Of a DNA stretch of 43,977 nt, positions 36,092-43,977 are shown piece by piece. The stretch spans positions 1 through 43,977 of the forward strand of contig JBMORE010000195.1 of assembly GCA_049322255.1 (NCBI GenBank), written 5' to 3'. Under the pieces are notes generated by a model that was given only the letters and a program-made list of their open reading frames with translations, ran no database searches and had not been told where the DNA came from. The first letter of the stretch is position 1; the number at the start of each line of letters is the position of its first letter. The DNA is from Myxococcota bacterium (GTDB lineage Bacteria > Myxococcota > Myxococcia > Myxococcales > Myxococcaceae). A program made the position numbers and the translations under genes.

Positions 36092-36621
36092 TTGCCGTTC
36101 ATCACGCCGATGAAGGGCACGTTGCGATACTTCTCGGCGAAGTCGAGCCCGTAGCCGACGACGAACTTGTCTTCGATGGTGAAGCCCTTGTAGTGGATGT
36201 CGATTTTTATCTTCGCCCGCGCCGGTTTCTCCAAGAGCGCGCACACCTTCACCGACGCCGGGTGACGCGAGGAGAGGTTCTCGAGCAAGAACTTCATCGT
36301 CAGCCCGGTGTCGACGATGTCTTCGATGATCAAGATGTGCTTGCCCGCCATCGGCTTGGTCACGTCGGAGGTGATGCGCACCTCGCCCGTGGTCTCGGTG
36401 TTGCCCTGGTAGGAGGACACTCCGAGGAACTCCATGGTGAGCGGCAAGTCGACCGCGCGTGCCAGGTCGGTCATGAAGAACGAGGAGCCCTTCAAGATGC
36501 CCAAAAAGGCCAGCTCCTTGCCCCGGTAGTCGGCGGTGATTTGCGCGCCCAGCTCGCGCACCCGAGCTCGCAACTTCTCCTCGTCGATCATCACCGTCAC
36601 GTCTTGGTCGTAGAAGGCCAC
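36088..36621 (-). CDS. hpt: Hypoxanthine phosphoribosyltransferase
   Basis: ILKGS, VSSY, LIIEDIVDTGLT and FVVGYGLDFAEKYRN motifs. Confidence 0.96.
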   Translation of the reverse strand: MAFYDQDVTVMIDEEKLRARVRELGAQITADYRGKELAFLGILKGSSFFMTDLARAVDLPLTMEFLGVSSYQGNTETTGEVRITSDVTKPMAGKHILIIEDIVDTGLTMKFLLENLSSRHPASVKVCALLEKPARAKIKIDIHYKGFTIEDKFVVGYGLDFAEKYRNVPFIGVMNGK

Positions 36622-36636
36622 GCGCCGCTCCCCATT

Positions 36637-37452
36637 TTAGACGAAGGCGTTGTTCATGATTTCGCCCATCCCTCCCCCCCCAGGAACGATGTACTGCCGA
36701 TCATCGAGGCCGCGCTCTTTTCCCCAGAGCTTGCCCGGGGCGGTGCCGAAAACCTCTGGGGGAGAGAGCCCGCGATCGAGGCGCAAGGCGTAAATCACCG
36801 CGTCGGGGTGATCGCTGGTGAGGCGGCGCACGTATTCCGGGGTGACGATGAGGTTGATGCACACCACCTTGCGCATCGTTCCGGGGACCTTCTCCTTGTA
36901 GAGCTTGATCGCCGTGGAGAGGGAGCCGCCGGTGGCTCCCATCGGGTCGGGGAAGAGCACCACCGCGTCGTCGACGTCGCCGCCGATCTTCGCTCCGCCG
37001 ATGTTCGAGCCCACCACTTGATCGGCGGTGTCGAGCATGCGGCTCATGATGATGTGGTCTTGCCGCACCAGGGTGGGGTTCAAGATGGTGTTCAAGAGGT
37101 CGTAGGTGACCTGGGAAGGGAAAGTGCCTGCGCGGGCGATGTTCACCGAGATGACGCGCACGTCGGGGTCGATCACCTCTCCCTGGTAGATGCCTTTGGG
37201 GGTGTGGTCGATCATCCGCGTGGGGATGGCGACCTTCTTGCGAGGAAGCTCGGCGTTGATCACCATCTTCACCAGGTCGGTGTACAGCCCGGCCACCAGA
37301 CGGTTGACCTGCGGCTGAATGGTCTCCTTGGCGCACAGCTTGGCCAGCTGCGAGAGGAGAAACGGGTTTCCCACCAGGTGAACGTTCTTTCCGTAATGGT
37401 GGACGAGCTCGCTCAATTGGAACGGCACGTCCTCGTAGAGGGAGTCGCGCAT
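36637..37452 (-). CDS. upp: Uracil phosphoribosyltransferase-family protein
   Basis: IARAG, DPMGATGGS PRPP loop and YIVPGGG.MG motifs. Confidence 0.8.
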   Translation of the reverse strand: MRDSLYEDVPFQLSELVHHYGKNVHLVGNPFLLSQLAKLCAKETIQPQVNRLVAGLYTDLVKMVINAELPRKKVAIPTRMIDHTPKGIYQGEVIDPDVRVISVNIARAGTFPSQVTYDLLNTILNPTLVRQDHIIMSRMLDTADQVVGSNIGGAKIGGDVDDAVVLFPDPMGATGGSLSTAIKLYKEKVPGTMRKVVCINLIVTPEYVRRLTSDHPDAVIYALRLDRGLSPPEVFGTAPGKLWGKERGLDDRQYIVPGGGGMGEIMNNAFV

Positions 37453-37456
37453 TTCG

Positions 37457-38059
37457 TCAGTCCTTGAACAGCTCGAGGGTCTGCGGCGGGGTGGCCTCGT
37501 CGGGTCTGGGCAAGTGGCATTTGCGGCAGCGGGCCTCGTACGCCCCCGCCGCCCCTACCACCACCCGCTCGCCGCGCGAAATCAGCCGCTGGGAGCGGTT
37601 GGCGGGGTTGCCGCACACCACGCAGATCGCCAGCTCCTTGGTGACGTACTCGGCGATCGCGAGCAGCTGCGGCATCGGCTCGAAGGGCTTGCCCTGATAG
37701 TCCTGGTCCAGCCCGGCGCAGATGACGCGCAGGCCCCTGGCAGCGAGCCCCTCGGCCACCGGCACCACCTCGGCGCCGAAGAACTGCACCTCGTCGACGC
37801 CCACCACCTGGGTGTCGGGCTTTAAGTGAAAGAAGATTTCTTCCGCGCGCTCCACCGGGGTGGAGACCAGCTTGAGCTGTGAGTGGCTGACCACCGCGGC
37901 GTCGTCGTAGCGGTTGTCGATCTTCGGCTTGAAGACCTGCACCTTCTGCTTGCCGTAGAGCGCGCGCTTGACACGGCGAATCAGCTCCTCGGTCTTGCCC
38001 GAGAACATCGAGCCACAGATGACCTCGATCCACCCGATGTCTTTGGGGAACTGGTGCAA
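37457..38059 (-). CDS. tdk: Thymidine kinase
   Basis: ICGSMFSGKTEELIRR, VDEVQFF, AGLDQD and Zn ligands CVVC/CRKC. Confidence 0.96.
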   Translation of the reverse strand: MHQFPKDIGWIEVICGSMFSGKTEELIRRVKRALYGKQKVQVFKPKIDNRYDDAAVVSHSQLKLVSTPVERAEEIFFHLKPDTQVVGVDEVQFFGAEVVPVAEGLAARGLRVICAGLDQDYQGKPFEPMPQLLAIAEYVTKELAICVVCGNPANRSQRLISRGERVVVGAAGAYEARCRKCHLPRPDEATPPQTLELFKD

Positions 38060-38159
38060 GACCCGGGCGGGGTTATCTCCAGGCCACCGCCGGAGTCAAG
38101 ACACCGACACTTCTCCTTGGCAAACGAATTGAACCGCCGCTGCCCCGAGGGGGGAGGAG

Positions 38160-38492
38160 ATGGCGGCGGCGAACGGGGCCAGGGAGGATCTCCGGTTCGC
38201 CCGTTCGTCCGCCGCGCTCCTGTTTCTCAACCTCGCCGACGGCCTGTTCACCCTCACCTTTTTGCAGCTGGAGCTGGCGGAAGAGGCCAACCCCCTGATG
38301 CGCTTTGCCTACCAGGGCTCACCGCTCCTGTTCATGGTGGTGAAGCTCGCCGTGGTCAGCGGCGGGGTGTGCCTGTTGTGGAAGAACCGCGACTGCGTGG
38401 CGGCCAAGGGCGCGCTCACCGTCGGCTTGACGTTCTACGCCGCGATCATCGCCTGGCACCTCGCCTTCCTCCTCCGCTGCCTGACCGGCTGA
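38160..38492 (+). CDS. Small membrane protein (DUF5658-like)
   Basis: LNLADGLFT....G.AEEANPLM motif, three TM segments, GGAGGAG RBS. Confidence 0.7.
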   Translation: MAAANGAREDLRFARSSAALLFLNLADGLFTLTFLQLELAEEANPLMRFAYQGSPLLFMVVKLAVVSGGVCLLWKNRDCVAAKGALTVGLTFYAAIIAWHLAFLLRCLTG

Positions 38493-38569
38493 GCGGGCGA
38501 AGGCTTGCTTTTTCTGCGCCGGCGCGGCGATTCTTGTCTGCGGTTCGGTCGGGTCTTCCGGGGGGAAGC

Positions 38570-38872
38570 ATGGAAATCACGGACGTCCGGGTATTTCCAG
38601 TCGACGAAGACAAGCTCAGGGCCTACGTGACCATCACGTTGGACAATTGCTTCGTCATCCGCGACCTCAAGGTGATTCACGGCACCACCGGGCTGTTCAT
38701 CGCCATGCCCGCCAAGCGCCGCAAGGACGGAACGTACAAGGACATCGCCCACCCGCTCAACGCCGACACCCGCGACCGCATGGAGAAGGTCATTCTCTCG
38801 GAGTACGAGCGGCAGCTGAGCCGTGGACCGGACGGGGCAACTGACCGGCCGCCGCTGGCCGAGGGCGAGTGA
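38570..38872 (+). CDS. spoVG: SpoVG family nucleic-acid-binding protein
   Basis: MEITDVRV...FVIRDLKVI.G..GLFIAMP...YKDIAHP. Confidence 0.95.
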   Translation: MEITDVRVFPVDEDKLRAYVTITLDNCFVIRDLKVIHGTTGLFIAMPAKRRKDGTYKDIAHPLNADTRDRMEKVILSEYERQLSRGPDGATDRPPLAEGE

Positions 38873-38924
38873 CGGTAAGGAGGTTGGCCTTTTCTTCCGA
38901 CGGCGGCTGATCTACTCACCATTC

Positions 38925-39878
38925 ATGGGCACCAGCCGCGACTTCAAGGTCTTCGCCGGGAACTCCAACCCGGCCCTGGCGGAGAAGATTTGTCAGTACC
39001 TCCAACGCCCGCTGTCCAAGGCAACGATCGACCGGTTCTCCGACGGAGAGATTCACGTCGAGGTCGAGGAGAACGTGCGCGGCACCGATTGTTTCATCGT
39101 ACAATCAACCTGCCCGCCGGCGAACGACCACCTGATGGAGCTGCTCATCGTCTGCGACGCGCTCAAGCGGGCGAGCGCGATGTCGATCGTGGCGGTGATT
39201 CCGTACTACGGCTACGCGCGGCAGGATCGAAAGGTGGCGCCGCGCACGCCGATCACCGCCCGGCTGATCGCCGATCTGCTCGAGACCGCCGGCGCCACCC
39301 GGGTGGTATCGATGGAGATGCACGCCGGGCAGATCCAGGGTTTCTTCAACATCCCGTCCGACAATCTCTACGCCTCCCCGGTGTTCCTCGAGGACTTGAA
39401 GGCGCACTACCCCGACCCCGAGGAGGTGGTGATCGTCTCCCCCGACGCCGGCGGAGTGGAGCGGGCGCGCGCGTATTCCAAGCGGCTCAGCGCCTCGCTG
39501 GCGATCATCGACAAGCGGCGCCCGCGCGCCAACGCCTCCGAGGTGATGCACCTCATCGGTGACGTGAGCGGAAAGACGGCGATCCTCATCGACGACATGG
39601 TGGATACCGCCGGCACCCTCACCCAAGGAGCGGCGGCGCTGAAGAAGTACGGCGCCACCAAGGTGGTGGCCTACGCCGTGCACCCCATTCTCTCCGGCCC
39701 GGCGTTGACCCGCATGGGTGAGTCGGCCCTGGAGGAGATCGTCTTCACTGACACCGTGCCCTTGTCGAAGGCGGCGCAGCAGGTGCCGAAGATTCGGGTG
39801 CTCCCCACCGCCCGGCTGTTCGGCGAGGCGATCGCCCGCATCCACCGCGCCGACAGCCTTTCCTCACTCTTCGTGTAA
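38925..39878 (+). CDS. prs: Ribose-phosphate pyrophosphokinase
   Basis: FSDGEI, PYYGYARQDRK, VSPDAGGVERAR and DDMVDTAGTL motifs. Confidence 0.97.
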   Translation: MGTSRDFKVFAGNSNPALAEKICQYLQRPLSKATIDRFSDGEIHVEVEENVRGTDCFIVQSTCPPANDHLMELLIVCDALKRASAMSIVAVIPYYGYARQDRKVAPRTPITARLIADLLETAGATRVVSMEMHAGQIQGFFNIPSDNLYASPVFLEDLKAHYPDPEEVVIVSPDAGGVERARAYSKRLSASLAIIDKRRPRANASEVMHLIGDVSGKTAILIDDMVDTAGTLTQGAAALKKYGATKVVAYAVHPILSGPALTRMGESALEEIVFTDTVPLSKAAQQVPKIRVLPTARLFGEAIARIHRADSLSSLFV

Positions 39879-39881
39879 GTC

Positions 39882-41399
39882 GTGCGCGGGGCGCTCATCG
39901 CCGCATTCGCCGCGTTCGCCTGCTCGGCTCCTCCGAAAAAGGAGGCGCGCTTCCCAGACGACTTTCTTTTCGGCAGCGCGCTCTCCGGCTTTCAGGTGGA
40001 GATGGGCTGCCCCACCCTGCCTCCGTCGGAGTGCGAGGATCGCGGCTCCGACTGGTACGAGCTCATCACCACCACCGAGCTGCCCGACACCGCGAGCCTC
40101 TTGTCGGGCGATGCGCCCTCCTCCGGGCCCGGCCACTGGGAGCTCTTCGCCGAAGACCATGCGCGCGCCGCCGAGGAGCTCCACCACAACGCGCTGCGCA
40201 TGAGCCTGGAGTGGAGCCGCCTCTTCCCTTCCCCCACCGACGGGGTGGAGGGGCACGAGGCGCTCAAGGCCATCGCCGACTTGAAGGCGCTCGCCCACTA
40301 CCGCGCGATGCTGCAGTCGCTCAAGGACCGGGGCCTTGCTCCCTTGGTGACCCTCAACCACTACACCTTGCCGGCGTGGCTGCACGACACAGTGGGCTGC
40401 CACCAGGACCTCGCCGCCTGCACCGACAGGGGCTGGCTCGATCGGCCGCGCGCGGTGAGGGAGATCGCCAAGTACGCCGGCTTCGCCGCCAGGGAGCTGG
40501 GAGACCTGGTCGACCGCTGGGCCACGCTCAACGAGCCTTTCGCGGTGGTGCTGCCGGGTTACCTGTTACCCAGCGCCGAGCGCGTCAACCCGCCAGTGGT
40601 GCGGCTGCGCTTCGATGAGGCGAAGGTCGTGCTGGGCTCGATGATCGAGGGCCACGCGCGCATGTACGACGCGGTGCAGGACAACGACCGGGTCGACGCC
40701 GACGGCGACGGCAAGCCGTCCGAAGTGGGGTTGGTCTACGCGATGACCCCCACCAGGCCCAAGGACCCCGAGAGCAAGCTCGACCAAAGGGCGGCAAAGA
40801 ACGTCTTCTATCTGTGGAACACGGTGTTTCTGAATGCGGTGATCAAGGGCGACCTCGACGAACAGCTGGACGGCACCACGGTGCACCGTGAGGACCTCGC
40901 CGGGCGGATGGACTACCTGGGCATCAACTACTACACCCGCATCACCGTCGAAGGGTTGGGCGACCCCGCCTTCCCCACCCTCTCTCCGCTCACCACCTTC
41001 AACCCGCTCACCCTCGCCCTCTGGGAGGACTACCCCCGGGGCATCTACGAGATGGTGCTCCACGCTCACGGCTACGGCCTGCCGTCGATCATCACCGAGA
41101 ACGGAACCCCCGACCCTCACGACGACGGCACCGCGCCCAGCTACCTCACCCGGCACCTGCTCTGGCTCCAGCGTGCCCTTGCCGACGGAGCCGACGTGCG
41201 CGGCTACTTCTACTGGTCGCTCATCGACAACTATGAGTGGAACCACGGCGTGGGGATGCGCTTTGGCCTGTATGCCGTGGATGCCACTGACCCGATGAAA
41301 AAGCGCACCCCACGCCAGGCCGTGGAAACCTACGCCCGCATCGTGCAGGCGCGCGACGTGCCCGCGGACCTCGAGGATCTCTACCCCGCCCTAGAATAG
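39882..41399 (+). CDS. Glycoside hydrolase family 1 with lipoprotein signal
   Basis: FPDDFLFG..SGFQVE, R.SLEWSRLFP, TLNEP (acid/base), ITENG (nucleophile), WSLIDNYEW; lipobox AFAC. Confidence 0.93.
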   Translation: MRGALIAAFAAFACSAPPKKEARFPDDFLFGSALSGFQVEMGCPTLPPSECEDRGSDWYELITTTELPDTASLLSGDAPSSGPGHWELFAEDHARAAEELHHNALRMSLEWSRLFPSPTDGVEGHEALKAIADLKALAHYRAMLQSLKDRGLAPLVTLNHYTLPAWLHDTVGCHQDLAACTDRGWLDRPRAVREIAKYAGFAARELGDLVDRWATLNEPFAVVLPGYLLPSAERVNPPVVRLRFDEAKVVLGSMIEGHARMYDAVQDNDRVDADGDGKPSEVGLVYAMTPTRPKDPESKLDQRAAKNVFYLWNTVFLNAVIKGDLDEQLDGTTVHREDLAGRMDYLGINYYTRITVEGLGDPAFPTLSPLTTFNPLTLALWEDYPRGIYEMVLHAHGYGLPSIITENGTPDPHDDGTAPSYLTRHLLWLQRALADGADVRGYFYWSLIDNYEWNHGVGMRFGLYAVDATDPMKKRTPRQAVETYARIVQARDVPADLEDLYPALE

Positions 41400-42244
41400 C
41401 GCATGGCCGAGAGGAGCTTCGCTGGAACCACGAGCTTCCACTGGCCGAAATAAACATCCTCCGGCGAGCGCAGGTTCCGGTCGAAGTAGGACGATGACCG
41501 CGGCCCCATGCTCCGCAGAAGATGGAGCTCACTGGGCGTCGCGCTCCGCCGCTCCTCGAGAAACAGCCCGACCCGGGCCGCGACCAGCCGGCTCTCCAGG
41601 GCGCGCACCTGCCGGATCATGGCTGTCGTATCGAGCTGACCAGCCGCGGCGAAGCACCTCCAGAGCTCGACGAGGCCAGGAGCGAGGTCCAGCCGGTCGA
41701 GAAGATCCACGAACGTCCGCTCCAGCGTTGTGGCCAACAGCTTCTGTCCCGCTCGCTCCAGCACCTGCAAACCGTCTTCGCCACTCTCCAGCGCCCGGCC
41801 TGTCAACACCGGCCGGTAGACCACCTCATTGAAACGGAAGGGCCGCACCCGCTCTTGAGTGAGAAAGGAGATCGAATGCCCCAGGGGCGCCAACCCGTAC
41901 AGCGAGAGCGCTCCGTCGTAGGCGAGCACCGCATCGCGCGTGAGGCGGCTCCCCAGCACCCATGGTTCGATTCCGCCAGTGGACGCATACAGACCCCGCC
42001 GAAGCCTCCACAGCCTCCCCGTGCGCACGTGGTACCGCAGCAGGGAAACACTCGTCTGTGGCCTCTTACCCGCGGCCGTGTGGGCGGCGACGAACTCCTC
42101 AAGGCGGAAGACCGGGTTCCGTGCAAGGAAGTCCGACGCCTTGAACGACTCAACACCTGGCTCCCACCGCCCGGGGATTTCCGCAGGCCCCAGGGACGGT
42201 CCCCGGGGAGGTGCTACTTCGGACTTGTTGCTCGTTGCACTCAT
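41381..42244 (-). CDS. AbiEi-family type IV antitoxin / transcriptional regulator (orphan)
   Basis: wHTH with G.L.RLRRGLY, AY..ALSLYGL, T.ERTFVDLL and W.L.VP C-terminus. Start uncertain. Confidence 0.8.
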   Translation of the reverse strand: MSATSNKSEVAPPRGPSLGPAEIPGRWEPGVESFKASDFLARNPVFRLEEFVAAHTAAGKRPQTSVSLLRYHVRTGRLWRLRRGLYASTGGIEPWVLGSRLTRDAVLAYDGALSLYGLAPLGHSISFLTQERVRPFRFNEVVYRPVLTGRALESGEDGLQVLERAGQKLLATTLERTFVDLLDRLDLAPGLVELWRCFAAAGQLDTTAMIRQVRALESRLVAARVGLFLEERRSATPSELHLLRSMGPRSSSYFDRNLRSPEDVYFGQWKLVVPAKLLSAMRYSRAG

Positions 42245-42343
42245 GCGATGCAAATTTTTGCTATGAGCGCTACACGAACACAACAAGCGCGAAACGGCCC
42301 GCACCCCGCCCTGGGGGAATGCCGAGGCAAATGCCGTTGCTCT

Positions 42344-42548
42344 CTGGCCCTCCCTGACCCGGTTTTCGTCGCCCGCGCGCTGGCGGAGGAGCACTTTCAC
42401 CGTCAGCCCTTCGGTGCGGCGCATCGGCGCCCATGACCCCGACACGCTTCCCTTTTGGCAGTACCACCAGGCTGTTGCTGGGCCGATGTCCAAGCGGGCG
42501 CTCCTCAAGGGGATTGCCGCCGAGCCCACCGTCTACGAGATTCCCTGA
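42344..42548 (+). pseudogene. Possible frameshifted 3' remnant of an unidentified gene
   Basis: Two consecutive GC3-rich frames (LALPDPVFVARALAEEHFHRQ / RRIGAHDPDTLPFWQYH...EPTVYEIP*) with no 5' part. Confidence 0.3.
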
Positions 42549-42676
42549 CTTGATTTCCGCGGGGGCCGCTGGCAAAAGCCGCCCTCTCTGACGGCCGCCG
42601 TCGACCGACTTCGGGGCCCGCCATGGGGGCGGGATGCCGGGGATCGCCGGGTGGCCGAGCAGGAAAGGAAGAAGAC

Positions 42677-43399
42677 ATGTCCACCGATCGGAGCACGCTC
42701 GAAGGGAAGGTACGTGAGGGAGCTGGCAAGGGGTCGTCACGACGGCTGCGCGCGCAAGGGTTGATTCCCGCGGTGGTGTACGGCAAGCGTCTAGAGGCAC
42801 CGGCGCACATCGCGGTCGACCCCGCGGCGGTGCGCAAGGCGATTTCCACTCCGCACAAGCTCAACACCCTCATTACCCTGAAGATCGACGGCCAAGGCGA
42901 GAAGCTGGTGCTGCTCAAGGACTACCAGCATGACCCGGTGACCCGTGAGCTGCTCCACGCCGACTTCGTCGACGTGCGCGAAACCGAGAAGGTGAAGGTC
43001 AAGGTCCCGCTCGAGCTGACCGGCAAGCCCGAGGGCGTCGCCGCCGGAGGCGTGCTCTCGATTCAGCGCCGCGAGATCGAGGTCTATGCGCTGCCCAAGG
43101 CGATTCCCGAGAAGATTTCGGTCGACGTCAGCCACCTCAAGATCGCCCAGGCGCTCCACATCAACGACGTGAAGCTGCCCTCGGGCATCGAGGTGAAGAG
43201 CACCGTCAACTACACCCTTGCGGTGGTCGCGGTGCCCGAGAAGGAAGAGGTCGTGGCGCCGGTGGCAGCCGCAGCGGCTCCGGCGGCGGGTGCGGCTCCG
43301 GCGGCGGGAGCAGCGGCTCCGGCGGCGGGAGCGGCGGCGGCAGCCCCAGCGGCTGGCGCGGCCAAGGAAGCTCCGAAGAAGGAAGAGAAGAAGAAGTAG
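42677..43399 (+). CDS. rplY: 50S ribosomal protein bL25/Ctc
   Basis: GKGSSRRLR..G.IPAVVYG, HADF and GV..GG motifs; Ala-rich tail; AAAGGA RBS. Confidence 0.96.
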   Translation: MSTDRSTLEGKVREGAGKGSSRRLRAQGLIPAVVYGKRLEAPAHIAVDPAAVRKAISTPHKLNTLITLKIDGQGEKLVLLKDYQHDPVTRELLHADFVDVRETEKVKVKVPLELTGKPEGVAAGGVLSIQRREIEVYALPKAIPEKISVDVSHLKIAQALHINDVKLPSGIEVKSTVNYTLAVVAVPEKEEVVAPVAAAAAPAAGAAPAAGAAAPAAGAAAAAPAAGAAKEAPKKEEKKK

Positions 43400-43977
43400 T
43401 TGAAGCTCATCTGTGGGCTGGGAAACCCCGGGCGCGAGTACGAGCGCCACCGGCACAACGTGGGGTTCATGGTGGTCGACCTCCTGGTTCAGCGGGCGAA
43501 GGCGGCGCTGAACCAGGAGAAGTTCGATGGCCGCGTCGGCCAAGGCGACCTGGCGGGCGAGCGGGTGATTTTCCTCGAGCCGCAGACCTTCATGAACCTC
43601 GCTGGCCGCTCGCTGGCGGCGGCGGCGCGTTTCTACAAAGTTCCCCCCAGCGAAGTGCTGGTGGTGCACGACGAGCTCGATCTGCCCTTCGGCCGGCTGC
43701 AGCTCAAGTCCGGCGGAGGCCCGGGGGGGCACAACGGCATCAAGAGCATTCTTCAGTGCTGGGGCACCGACGCCTTCGCCCGGCTGCGCGTGGGCATCGG
43801 CAAACCCGAAGGCCCAGACGCCAAAGAACGGGTGATCGGCCATGTGCTCGGGGGATTTACGAAAACGGAGCAAGAGGTGCTCCCTGCGCTGCTCGGCCGC
43901 GCCGCCGATGGCGCCGAGCTCTGGGTGCGCGGGGGGCTGGCGGCGGCAATGAACCGCGTCAATCGCCGGCAGACCGA
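43400..43977 (+). CDS. pth: Peptidyl-tRNA hydrolase (runs off window end; absent from the ORF track)
   Basis: TTG start directly after the rplY stop; [31 protein letters not shown] and GGHNG motifs. Confidence 0.96.
   Translation, partial: MKLICGLGNPGREYERHRHNVGFMVVDLLVQRAKAALNQEKFDGRVGQGDLAGERVIFLEPQTFMNLAGRSLAAAARFYKVPPSEVLVVHDELDLPFGRLQLKSGGGPGGHNGIKSILQCWGTDAFARLRVGIGKPEGPDAKERVIGHVLGGFTKTEQEVLPALLGRAADGAELWVRGGLAAAMNRVNRRQT

Noticed and set aside
36674..36681. C8 run in upp and G8 run at 30928-30935 as phase-variation tracts
   Set aside because: Both are in frame, encode Gly or Pro runs in apparently conserved domains and are unremarkable at this GC content.
43271..43350. Tandem GCGGCTCCGGCGGCGGG repeats
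   Set aside because: They encode the ordinary Ala/Pro-rich tail of bL25/Ctc; not CRISPR-like.

Overview
GC-rich bacterial chromosomal segment whose gene content points to a myxobacterium (Myxococcales; inference). Left to right: the 3' half of a tRNA-Gly(CCC); an alkaline-phosphatase-family/LPG-synthase-TM pair divergent from an Omp85-type barrel; a mevalonate operon (fni-mvaA-mvaK1-mvaD-cupin-mvaK2); DsrE-like, htpX, stand-alone E2, DUF4149-like and cysE genes; envelope and signalling genes (Kelch lipoprotein, PEGA protein, histidine kinase-M16 peptidase-OM barrel, TPR lipoprotein); an operon encoding a methyltransferase-like/long coiled-coil protein, DapF, a REC-GAF-degenerate GGDEF protein and a REC-DUF4388 protein; an accessory block (P450, low-GC beta-helix protein, vapBC, frameshifted lipoprotein); tdk-upp-hpt; and spoVG-prs-[GH1 lipoprotein, orphan AbiEi]-rplY-pth. 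I found no CRISPR array, integrase, transposase or phage genes, and no clearly complete novel system. The best sequence-level signals are: (i) a ~1.7 kb integrase-less vapBC islet bracketed by a 48-bp duplication of the hpt 3' end; (ii) an 88-bp MITE-like element with perfect 19-bp terminal inverted repeats and 3-bp flanking direct repeats inside the mevalonate operon; (iii) a probable c-di-GMP-receptor/pseudo-GTPase/coiled-coil operon built around dapF; (iv) an OmpA/MotB C-terminal scar; (v) an orphan AbiEi gene with an operator-like inverted repeat. All family assignments come from motif recognition by eye, not database searches.
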